In this document: piece after piece, positions 10,051 to 18,705 of the stretch
Numbering within the stretch: position 1 is the stretch's first letter
Layout of the letters: the number at the start of each line of letters is the position of its first letter
NCBI GenBank assembly: GCA_030836155.1
Contig: JAURQI010000134.1
Coordinates: 17,639-81,638 of the forward strand
Direction: 5' to 3'
DNA length: 64,000 nucleotides
From: Crocinitomix sp.
Lineage (GTDB): Bacteria; Bacteroidota; Bacteroidia; Flavobacteriales_D; Crocinitomicaceae
Notes under the pieces: model-generated
What the model saw: only the letters and a program-made list of their open reading frames with translations
What the model was told of the DNA's origin: nothing
The model's database searches: none
Translations under genes and position numbers: made by a program

Positions 10051-10058
10051 CAAAGTTA
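10051..10058 (-). promoter_or_regulatory. Bacteroidota -7 promoter element pointing into the 95-bp array
   Basis: TAACTTTG on the minus strand, 12 nt from the array edge; no matching -33 TTTG found. Confidence 0.5.
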
Positions 10059-10059
10059 T

Positions 10060-10105
10060 TCCTTTTGATTGGATAAGCTATGTCCTTTTGATTGGATAAG
10101 CTATG
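10060..10105. repeat. Perfect 23-bp tandem duplication
   Basis: TCCTTTTGATTGGATAAGCTATG at 10060-10082 and 10083-10105. Confidence 0.95.
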
Positions 10106-10125
10106 CTATAGTAGGTGACATGGTG

Positions 10126-12360
10126 TTAATTATTCGCGCCGTCTTCAATCGTATATGTTAAACGTACAATGATAAACTCTGTACGACGATTTACTTGATG
10201 TTGTTCTTTTGAACATCTAACGCCATCAGCACACTCGTTTACTAAACGTGATTCACCGTAACCCTTACCAGTAATACGATCTGGGTTAGTGATTCGTTCC
10301 TTGATATAATTAGCAGATGCTAGGGCACGTTTTTGAGACAATTTCATATTAGAAGTAGCGCTTCCACGTGAATCAGTATGCGAACCTATTTCGATCACCA
10401 TTTCTGGGTTTTCATTCATTACCTTAACGATCTTATCCAGTTCAATAGCAGCATCCGGACGAATATTATAGCGTCCTACATCAAAATAGATGGGATTGAT
10501 GTCAATCATTTTTGAAAGATCTTGTCCAAGCTCGACTTTTTCTAAGGTAATATCCATGTCTGTATGCAGGTTATAAATGCCTTCTTTGTCGAATACGAGA
10601 TTGTACGTAATTGTTTTGTAGAAGTAACCTTCCCTTTCGAAAGTGAAGTTATAACTTCCGCGGTCATCTAATTTTTTATCTGCAACAGCTCTTCTATAAC
10701 TTCCAGATTCATCTGTGATATGATTATCAGTTGATCCTTTCATGTTGTCTGTGATTGACATTTTAACGCTATCCAAAGGTTGACCAGACTTTTTATCAGT
10801 CACTAGAGCATAGATCGAAATTCCAGGATCTTTTTCAAGCATAAGGTCCGCTTTCACGGTTTTTTCAGCGGTTAATGTGTTGACTTTACCGTGTCCATCG
10901 AAATATTCATCTTTTTCTCCGAGTAATTTGAATTCCTTATCGGAATCCACCTGGTACATAAAAACACCGTTTTCATCTGTTGTTGTATATTCTTCTCCGC
11001 CGTCTGTTAAATTCATAAGGGTGATCACAACATCTGGCAATGGATTACCTTTTTTATCAAGGGCCAAACCTTCAATTGTTTTTTGATCGACAGCAAAAGA
11101 ATAAATATCCATACCACCAAAACCTCCATTTCGATTAGAAGAAAAATATCCTCTCTTACCATCTTGCGTAAAGCTTAGGTAAATGTCATCACCTGCTGAG
11201 TTCATTGGGTAGCCTAGGTTTTCTGGGTATGACCATTCTCCATTGACCAATTCAGATTTGTAAAAATCATATCCGCCAGAACTGTTATGCCCTTTTGATG
11301 AAAAGTATAAGGTCTGCCCGTCTGGAGATAGGTAAGGACTGTCCTCATTTTTTTCCGAATTAATAACCGGAGAGATACGCTTTGGCTGTGACCATAAAGA
11401 GTCTTCAAGATGACTAATGTATAAGTCAAGATTACCGCCTTCAAATTCAGGAACAGTCATTGCGCTGAAAATTATTGTCTTACCTGAATCAGCAAAAACG
11501 CCATGTGGTTGAAAGTAAAAATTGGAAAGTGGCTTCGGTAAAGGCTCTATTTCGTTTAGTCGATCCTTGTCAATTGACGATAGCCATATCTTATTCTTAT
11601 AAAAGATGAGGATATCATTATTGTCATAACGCGTTCCGATTACAGCGTGATGGTTATCTTGTTTGATTCCTGGATTATAGCTTGAGGCAACCGATTCTTC
11701 CAAATCGAAGTAATAGATATTCTCGTAGTACTTATTATCGATGGTGATTTCTTCCGTTTCAAAATCTTTGTAACGGGCATTGTATAATAATAAGCTATCG
11801 CCTTCTAGAAAAACTGGTGTATATTCTGAATCTACTGAATTGATGAAGAAGTCCATATTTTGAACCGTATACGTCGTATTGTCGTTAACAATTTGTTGGT
11901 TTTTAATGGCGTAACGACACGACTCAAGATTTTCGTCAATTTCTTGTTGAACTAATTTTAACCTCCCTTTATTTGCTGTTATTTTTTTGTAAACGAGATA
12001 GGCATCTATCGCTTCATAGTGCCGTTCTTGCATTCGAAGACAATTCCCTTGATGAAAGAATACCAAATCATTTGTGTCAGCGACTACATTATTTAATCGC
12101 TTATCGATATAAGTAGCAGCAGAATCAAAGATTTCATAACGATACAAATAAATATCAATAAGTCCCTCTTGGGCGCTAGCGTTATCAACGTCAAGTTCGA
12201 GAACTTGCTTATATGTTTTTATAGCCTGAGGAAAGTCTAAAGAGCCTTTAAGTTTTTTTGCATCATGCAATAAGCTCTTAATTTCTCGTTGCGCGTGCAG
12301 CCCTTGTCCTGATATTAGGATGAGCATTAATAAAAATATGGACCAAGTTCCTTTTAACAT
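10126..12360 (-). CDS. OmpA-family peptidoglycan-binding protein with TPR, PD40 and carboxypeptidase-regulatory-like domains (PorE-like architecture)
   Basis: N-terminal TPR-like helices; PD40 repeats (PYLSPDGQTLYFSS, GYFSSNRNGGFGGMDIY); OmpA_C domain IYFDVGRYNIRPDA...SHTDSRG...LSQKRA...NRRTEF. Confidence 0.88.
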   Translation of the reverse strand: MLKGTWSIFLLMLILISGQGLHAQREIKSLLHDAKKLKGSLDFPQAIKTYKQVLELDVDNASAQEGLIDIYLYRYEIFDSAATYIDKRLNNVVADTNDLVFFHQGNCLRMQERHYEAIDAYLVYKKITANKGRLKLVQQEIDENLESCRYAIKNQQIVNDNTTYTVQNMDFFINSVDSEYTPVFLEGDSLLLYNARYKDFETEEITIDNKYYENIYYFDLEESVASSYNPGIKQDNHHAVIGTRYDNNDILIFYKNKIWLSSIDKDRLNEIEPLPKPLSNFYFQPHGVFADSGKTIIFSAMTVPEFEGGNLDLYISHLEDSLWSQPKRISPVINSEKNEDSPYLSPDGQTLYFSSKGHNSSGGYDFYKSELVNGEWSYPENLGYPMNSAGDDIYLSFTQDGKRGYFSSNRNGGFGGMDIYSFAVDQKTIEGLALDKKGNPLPDVVITLMNLTDGGEEYTTTDENGVFMYQVDSDKEFKLLGEKDEYFDGHGKVNTLTAEKTVKADLMLEKDPGISIYALVTDKKSGQPLDSVKMSITDNMKGSTDNHITDESGSYRRAVADKKLDDRGSYNFTFEREGYFYKTITYNLVFDKEGIYNLHTDMDITLEKVELGQDLSKMIDINPIYFDVGRYNIRPDAAIELDKIVKVMNENPEMVIEIGSHTDSRGSATSNMKLSQKRALASANYIKERITNPDRITGKGYGESRLVNECADGVRCSKEQHQVNRRTEFIIVRLTYTIEDGANN

Positions 12361-12532
12361 TGTTGGATTTATTACTTTTTCAACTTGAGAATGAAGTTAA
12401 TACTAATCGTCTCGTTATTCATTCCTTGCTAAAGATTCAAAAATAAAACAAATAATTTTAGAATCAAACATTAATGCTCATTGATAGCGTTTTATAATCA
12501 GTTTATCAAATAAAACCTTCGTTTTATCGAAA

Positions 12533-13801
12533 TTAAGTCTTTCTTTTTTTCTTTTTCGCGGCTGGAAAAAGGATATTATTTAAGATTAGTCTATAACCAG
12601 GGGAGTTTGGATGAAGGTTCAGGTCTGTTGGTGGATCACCTACTAAGTGACGATAATCTTCTGGATCGTGGCCACCATAGAAAGTCCAGGTTCCCTGTCC
12701 GAATTCACCGTGGAGATAGCGTGCCGTTCCAATTGCTTTGTTTTCCCCCATGACAAGTACATCAGGTTTTATAAATTCAGTGCGGAAATCCGTGGTTTGT
12801 CCCATGAATCCATCAATCTCCTTCGTATGATTTTGACAAAGCATGGTTGGAACAATATCCCATTTTGCAGAAAAGTCAAAAAGGTAAAATTTATCCTGAT
12901 TTTCGGCCACTCGCGTGTGGTCACGGGTTCCGTCAATATCGGAATACTCATATTCCATGGGATCTTTTGAAACCGTATAATCCTTAAAAGCTAAAGTCTG
13001 TGTATAATCAATTTGGCTTTGAAAATAAGGTGTTGATGGATCATGATCATACATGTGTTCACAAATATCTGTATTCATGGCGCTTAAGGCAATATCATAA
13101 CTGTCTGTTCCAGAACACATCGTGAATAAAAAACCACCACCTGCGACAAATTCTCGAATACGAATGGCAACATTTAGTTTCAATTCAGATACTTTTTTGA
13201 AGCCTAGTTTTTTCGCTGTCGCTTCGTTATCGCGCACTTGTTTCTGATACCAAGACTGAGTATGATAGGCCCTGTAAAATTTGCCGTACTGTCCTGTAAA
13301 GTCTTCATGATGCAAATGCAGCCAATCAAATTCTGGCAAACCATTCATGACAACGGTCGAATCATAAATCTCCTCGTAAGGAATTTCAGCATAAGTTAGA
13401 ACCAGCGTGACGGCATCATCCCAAGGTTGTTTTCCAGTTGGTGTGTATACGGCAATCTTAGGCGCTTTTTCCAATTGAACAACTTCCATATTTGCTTCTG
13501 GATTTGCAATATCAGATTTTATTTTTTTTACTTTAACATCCGGTAATACGGAGTAGGAAATACCTCTTACAATTAGTTCTTCTTCGATCAAGGAATGATG
13601 TGGAAAAAGAAAACTACCTCCACGATAATTTAACAACCATTCCATCACAATTTCGCGTTCGAGCGCCCAATAAGCAACACCATATGCTTTCAGATGATTT
13701 TTTTGCGATTCATCCATAGGAACAAGTATAGTCGAGGCATTTGCCTCAGCGCTAATACTTATGAGTAGAAATAATAGTATGTTAGAAAGGTACCTCTTCA
13801 C
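12533..13801 (-). CDS. Conserved exported Bacteroidota protein with glutamine-amidotransferase-like core (often labelled 'asparagine synthetase B')
   Basis: Signal peptide; NHLKAYGVAYW; DWLHLHHEDFTGQYGKF; GGFLFTMCSGTD; GGHDPED; GTG start overlaps the dnaB 3' end by 20 nt. Confidence 0.7.
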   Translation of the reverse strand: MKRYLSNILLFLLISISAEANASTILVPMDESQKNHLKAYGVAYWALEREIVMEWLLNYRGGSFLFPHHSLIEEELIVRGISYSVLPDVKVKKIKSDIANPEANMEVVQLEKAPKIAVYTPTGKQPWDDAVTLVLTYAEIPYEEIYDSTVVMNGLPEFDWLHLHHEDFTGQYGKFYRAYHTQSWYQKQVRDNEATAKKLGFKKVSELKLNVAIRIREFVAGGGFLFTMCSGTDSYDIALSAMNTDICEHMYDHDPSTPYFQSQIDYTQTLAFKDYTVSKDPMEYEYSDIDGTRDHTRVAENQDKFYLFDFSAKWDIVPTMLCQNHTKEIDGFMGQTTDFRTEFIKPDVLVMGENKAIGTARYLHGEFGQGTWTFYGGHDPEDYRHLVGDPPTDLNLHPNSPGYRLILNNILFPAAKKKKRKT

Positions 13802-15329
13802 TTGTATTACTTAAAAAGTCTTCATCATCATCATTCATTTTGCTAGCGACCGTAATTGTATCGGAGCTGCCCGCTTCAAAACTTTTGTTCGGCGCAAAGC
13901 CAGAACCGTAGTCCATCTCGTCAAACGCATCCAAATTATCGAATTTTGTCAATTGCTTGATAAAGCGCAATCGAACGGTATCCAACGAACCATTTCTATG
14001 CTTAGCTACAATAATCTCGCCAATTCCGTCAGTCGGCATACCATTTTCATCTTCAACCAACCCGTAATACTCTGGTCTATATATAAATACAACCATATCT
14101 GCGTCCTGCTCAATCGCTCCTGATTCACGGAGGTCAGAAAGCATTGGTCGCTTATCGCCCCCTCTCGTTTCTACAGATCGGCTCAACTGTGATAGGGCTA
14201 TAATCGGTACGTTTATTTCTTTGGCAATTTCCTTGATTGATCGCGAAATAGTTGAAATCTCTTGTTCGCGATTCCCCCCTTTTGTTCCGGCGGTCATCAA
14301 TTGCAAATAATCAATAATAACCAATTTGATATCATGTTGCATTTTCAAACGTCGACATTTTGCGCGCAATTCAAAAATGGACAATGCGGGTGTATCATCA
14401 ATGAAAATGGGTGCTTCCGCAAGTGCATTAACGCGACTATGAAGTTGATCCCAATCACTTTGATCTTTAAAACCTTTACGCAGTTTTTCGGATGAAATTC
14501 CAGTCTCCATCGCCATTAAACGTTTCGTAAGCTGTACGCTTGACATCTCCAAAGAGAATACGGCAACACCCTGACCAAACTGGACGGCTGAATTTTTTGC
14601 CATGGATAATACAAAAGCTGTTTTACCCATACCAGGTCGCGCTGCCAAAACAATCATGTCTGATTTTTGCCAACCTGACGTTAAACGATCAAGGTCTGTA
14701 AAACCAGTCGGAACACCACTGACGCCATCTGTGTTTTCAGAAGCTTTTTGAATTTCCCCGATAGCTTCTTGCACAAGATCTCCAACCTTACCGTAACTCT
14801 TTTTTAGGTTTCCTTCTGCAATTTTAAAAAGGCCTTCTTCCGCTTCGTTTAATACGCTAAAAACATCTTGCGTTTCATCATATGCGTTTTTGATGACATC
14901 TGAAGAAACCTCTATCAGTGAACGTAGAATGTGTTTCTCAGAAATGATCCGCGCATGGTATTCAACGTGAGCAGCAGATGCTACTCGATTCGTTAATTTA
15001 GCGATATATCCTGGTCCACCGACCATTTGGAGTTCTCCATTTTTTCGCAATCTTTCAGTAACACTAAGGATATCAATGCTTTCTGAGTTCGCAAATAATT
15101 CGAGAATAGCGGCAAATATTTTTTGATGCTCTGGTTTATAAAAGCTTTCTGCTTGCAAAATATCAATCGCATCATTAACTGCATTTTTTTCCAGTAACAA
15201 AGCACCCAATACGGCCTCTTCAATGTCCTGCGCTTGTGGGGGTAATTTACCCGCTTCACTCACCGCATTTACTGAGGTTGTTACGAGACTTCTTTTTGTC
15301 TTGGGTTTGATATTTCTGTTGTCCTCCAT
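13782..15329 (-). CDS. dnaB: Replicative DNA helicase
   Basis: PPQAQDIEEAVLG; Walker A AARPGMGKT; IDYLQLM; LSQLSR; DLRESGAIEQDAD; KHRNG. Confidence 0.98.
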   Translation of the reverse strand: MEDNRNIKPKTKRSLVTTSVNAVSEAGKLPPQAQDIEEAVLGALLLEKNAVNDAIDILQAESFYKPEHQKIFAAILELFANSESIDILSVTERLRKNGELQMVGGPGYIAKLTNRVASAAHVEYHARIISEKHILRSLIEVSSDVIKNAYDETQDVFSVLNEAEEGLFKIAEGNLKKSYGKVGDLVQEAIGEIQKASENTDGVSGVPTGFTDLDRLTSGWQKSDMIVLAARPGMGKTAFVLSMAKNSAVQFGQGVAVFSLEMSSVQLTKRLMAMETGISSEKLRKGFKDQSDWDQLHSRVNALAEAPIFIDDTPALSIFELRAKCRRLKMQHDIKLVIIDYLQLMTAGTKGGNREQEISTISRSIKEIAKEINVPIIALSQLSRSVETRGGDKRPMLSDLRESGAIEQDADMVVFIYRPEYYGLVEDENGMPTDGIGEIIVAKHRNGSLDTVRLRFIKQLTKFDNLDAFDEMDYGSGFAPNKSFEAGSSDTITVASKMNDDDEDFLSNTSEEVPF

Positions 15330-15425
15330 TATAACAAAGATAGAAAATGCGTTGGTGCCATGATCGAATAGTCAGAGATTTATTTGTTAACAGTTTATGA
15401 GCAAATGAAATGTGGAAAACTTCTG

Positions 15426-16464
15426 CTAGTGCAATTGAACTTTTGCACGATAATCGAGAGTTGGAATAACCACTATATAGAATCCTGTTTTTTGAAAGTC
15501 AAGTGCTCCTGCATCCTGAATATTCGTTTGATGAACGACTTGACCAGTCAAATTATAGATTTCAATTTTCGCCGTTAAAGTCAACCTGTCGAATACGATA
15601 ATAAACCCATTCTTTGTTGTGAGGTGTCGGATCAGTGTAGCGGTAATAGAGATGCTCTGAGGATGTTCCAGCACCAGAAATGGAAGCGATTTCTTCGAAT
15701 GATTTGCCATCGTACGAACGTTCAATTGCAAAATAGTCATTGTCATTTTCAGAAATAGTTTCCCAGGTTAATACCGTTCCGTAATCTTCCTTACCAACAT
15801 TAAATTCAACCAATTCAACGGGAAGTACACAATCGTTGCAAGAAACGGTAATATTGTCAAAAATCCAATATTCATCACCAGCCTAAGACATGCATGAAAC
15901 TCTAATTTGCAGCGTTGATCCAAAATCAATACAAGGGCAAGTGTAAGTAATAGGTCTACCAAGGCCACCTATATCTCCTGTTTGAATCATTTCACCCGGG
16001 GCCTCAGTCATGGTTAATGGACAAGATACGCCGGCAACTTCTACCCATCCTCCGCCATCTAAATTATACTCTAATTTTACCCAGTCGATACAAGTTGTTC
16101 CGGTACCACCGCAGTCCGCACAATCCTCCATATCCCCTGACTCTTCTATGTCTATTGCGATTTCTAGTCCAGTACAGGTTGAAATATCAAACGTGCTTGT
16201 TTCAAAAACTGCTGCAGGGCTATTGGTATCTCTGGCTTCTAGTTTATTACCAACAACTTTTAAATAATCTGTAGCGGCTAAAGAACCCGGACAAGTTGCG
16301 GTCCAAGCAGTCGGACCAATGGCATCAGACCCTGCTACAGCGTCGTCTGCCTCATCAAATGTTTCAGAGAACACCACTTGGGCCAATATGCTTTGACCAA
16401 AGAATAAACAGGATATAAAAAAAAGTACCTTCACCGTCTTAACTAGACTGTAAAGGTACTTCAA
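15426..16464 (-). pseudogene. Disrupted T9SS type A cargo gene (in-frame TAG plus out-of-frame internal deletion in the sorting domain)
   Basis: Reading continues through TAG 15885-15883 (CMS*AGDEYWIFDNITVS...VLPVELVEF...YYRIRQVDFNGEN*); the sorting-domain tail AKIEIYNLTGQVV...TGFYIV lies in the +1 frame from 15572; YPNP segment missing. Confidence 0.85.
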
Positions 16465-16514
16465 TTCGATAGAAAGGACAAGTTATGTTGATAACTTAAT
16501 GCTTTCTTAACAGC

Positions 16515-18677
16515 TTATTTTCCAAGTGATAATGCTACTAATGCTTTTTGGGCCACCTTCATCTTACCACTGAATATTTTAGCTTTAGCCTTTTTGTTAG
16601 TTTCCGCTTTAATCAGATTAAACTCTAACACTTGACCCTGTGCATTAATCGTTTGTTTAGTTGCAATCATGACACCATTTTTCTCAGCATAATCAGCAAA
16701 TGTCACCAAAGTCTCAATTGGATCACCATTTTCATCTTTAACGATAGACTCAACTTTGCTAAGTAAACTCGTTACGACGTCATAATATTCAAAACTCAAT
16801 TGCTCTCCTTCAACCACTTTCACTTTGTAATGAGGTTTGTCATTATAGGTGGCAATGCCCATAAGAACAACCTCTACGGTATCATTTTCCAAATTTGCTA
16901 ATTGTCCAACTGGATACGATGTCAATTTCTTCCGTGCTAGATCTGCACCTGCATAGGCTTCGTCTTTTCCTCTTGCATCCTTTTCTCTCCCTTCTTCACC
17001 ATTAAACCATGCTGATTCAGCCACTTGACCACCCATTGCACTGGTCATGTATAAAACGTTACCTGATTTATTTGGAAAGGCTTGTGCTGTATACATGTAC
17101 AATTTAACACCATACTCTTTCATTTCTGCTAAGCGGTATACTTCAATCTGTTGGATGCTTTTCAGTTTGTCATCATAATCTGCTTGCGTTTTAGCATTCA
17201 TTTTTGCCATTGCATATTTATTGATGATGGTTTCTGCAGTAACCCCTTCTGGAGCAGCTTTGAGCATCTCTTCATCCTCACCGTATTGGTTTTTAAAATC
17301 TACTTTACCGTCAAAATCAAAATCATTTAACTTTTCAGCGATTTCCTCGTTTCCAACAACCACAATATTGAGATTGTTAGGCTGAAGGTATTTATCTGCA
17401 ACCATCAAAAGATCTTCTTTTGTAATGCGTTCTAGCTTTGTTAGATAGGTGCTATAATAATCAGCAGGTAGGTTAAAACGGAACATGTTCAGTGCAAAAC
17501 GCGCTACTGTCTGTGGATTTTCTAAAGATCTTGCAAAAGCACCAGTCATTGATTTTTTAACCAAATCAAGTTCTTTATCTGTGACCGGTTCATCAGCGAT
17601 GCCTTTAATCTCGTCTAGAATTTGCACAATCGCGCTATCAGTAACTTCATTACGGAAACTTCCTCCAGCAGAAAAATTACCTTTTAGTTCATCACTGCTC
17701 ATCTGAGAGTAACAACCATAAGTGTATGCTTTATCTTCTCTTAGGTTTGACATCAATCTTGCTGAAAAACTTCCCCCACCCAAAATCTGGTTTAAAAGTC
17801 TCAATTTAATCTCGTCTTCATGCCCTGGAGTTAAGTCAACGGTGTGCGTAATTTTGATAACGCTTTGAACAGCTCCCGGTTTATTTACAAAATAGACTTG
17901 CTTTCCAGTCGTACGTGGAGTTGCATAGTCTACAGGTTTTAAGTCTTCTTTACGCTGCCACGGAACAAAGTAATCATAGACATACTCCTTTACTTCTTTA
18001 TAAGTTACATCTCCTACAACAACTAGATAGGCATGATTCGGTATGAAGTTTTTATTGTAATAATCTTTCACATCACTTAATTCGATATTATCCAATGTTT
18101 CTTCCGTCATCACTTCTCCATAAGGGTGGTTTGGACCAAAGTTTACAACCGAGGCTACATTAGAAGACATGCCTGATGGATCTGAAGCTAATGATGCCAA
18201 TCCTGACTTGTTTTGCGCCATAATGCGATCAAAATCTTCTTGTGCAAAAGCAGGTTCGGTTACCACTTGATTTAACATCTTTAGTATATCTGGTGTATGC
18301 TTCTTGAGTGAAGATGCATAGAACCCGCGCGAGTTACTAAAGAATGTCGCCCCCATATAGTCCATTTGTTCGTCAAATTCTGTTTTGGGTGTTGACTTTG
18401 TACCTGACCCGAGCATTTCTCCAAATATTGAGCTAACTCCAGCCTTATCTCCCTCCAATGGATTGGGGTAGTCAACAAATAATTGAAAAGACACTTTTGG
18501 TAGTTTATGGTTTTCAACAATAATGACGCGCAATCCATTTTCGAAATGCATATCTTGAGGCATTTCGATTTTAATCTCTGGATTTGGCTGAGGTTTTGGA
18601 GCCTCACTTCTATCGATTTGTCCGTAACCAACAAGTACGCTGGACATCAGACTAAATAGTATAACTAACTGTTTCAT
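16515..18677 (-). CDS. M16 (pitrilysin/insulinase) family peptidase, non-catalytic subunit with C-terminal extension
   Basis: NGLRVIIVENHKLP; ILGGGSFSARLMSNLREDKAYTYG; no HXXEH; signal peptide. Confidence 0.88.
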   Translation of the reverse strand: MKQLVILFSLMSSVLVGYGQIDRSEAPKPQPNPEIKIEMPQDMHFENGLRVIIVENHKLPKVSFQLFVDYPNPLEGDKAGVSSIFGEMLGSGTKSTPKTEFDEQMDYMGATFFSNSRGFYASSLKKHTPDILKMLNQVVTEPAFAQEDFDRIMAQNKSGLASLASDPSGMSSNVASVVNFGPNHPYGEVMTEETLDNIELSDVKDYYNKNFIPNHAYLVVVGDVTYKEVKEYVYDYFVPWQRKEDLKPVDYATPRTTGKQVYFVNKPGAVQSVIKITHTVDLTPGHEDEIKLRLLNQILGGGSFSARLMSNLREDKAYTYGCYSQMSSDELKGNFSAGGSFRNEVTDSAIVQILDEIKGIADEPVTDKELDLVKKSMTGAFARSLENPQTVARFALNMFRFNLPADYYSTYLTKLERITKEDLLMVADKYLQPNNLNIVVVGNEEIAEKLNDFDFDGKVDFKNQYGEDEEMLKAAPEGVTAETIINKYAMAKMNAKTQADYDDKLKSIQQIEVYRLAEMKEYGVKLYMYTAQAFPNKSGNVLYMTSAMGGQVAESAWFNGEEGREKDARGKDEAYAGADLARKKLTSYPVGQLANLENDTVEVVLMGIATYNDKPHYKVKVVEGEQLSFEYYDVVTSLLSKVESIVKDENGDPIETLVTFADYAEKNGVMIATKQTINAQGQVLEFNLIKAETNKKAKAKIFSGKMKVAQKALVALSLGK

Positions 18678-18705
18678 TTTTGCAAAATTTCTTTAATGTT
18701 TGTGA

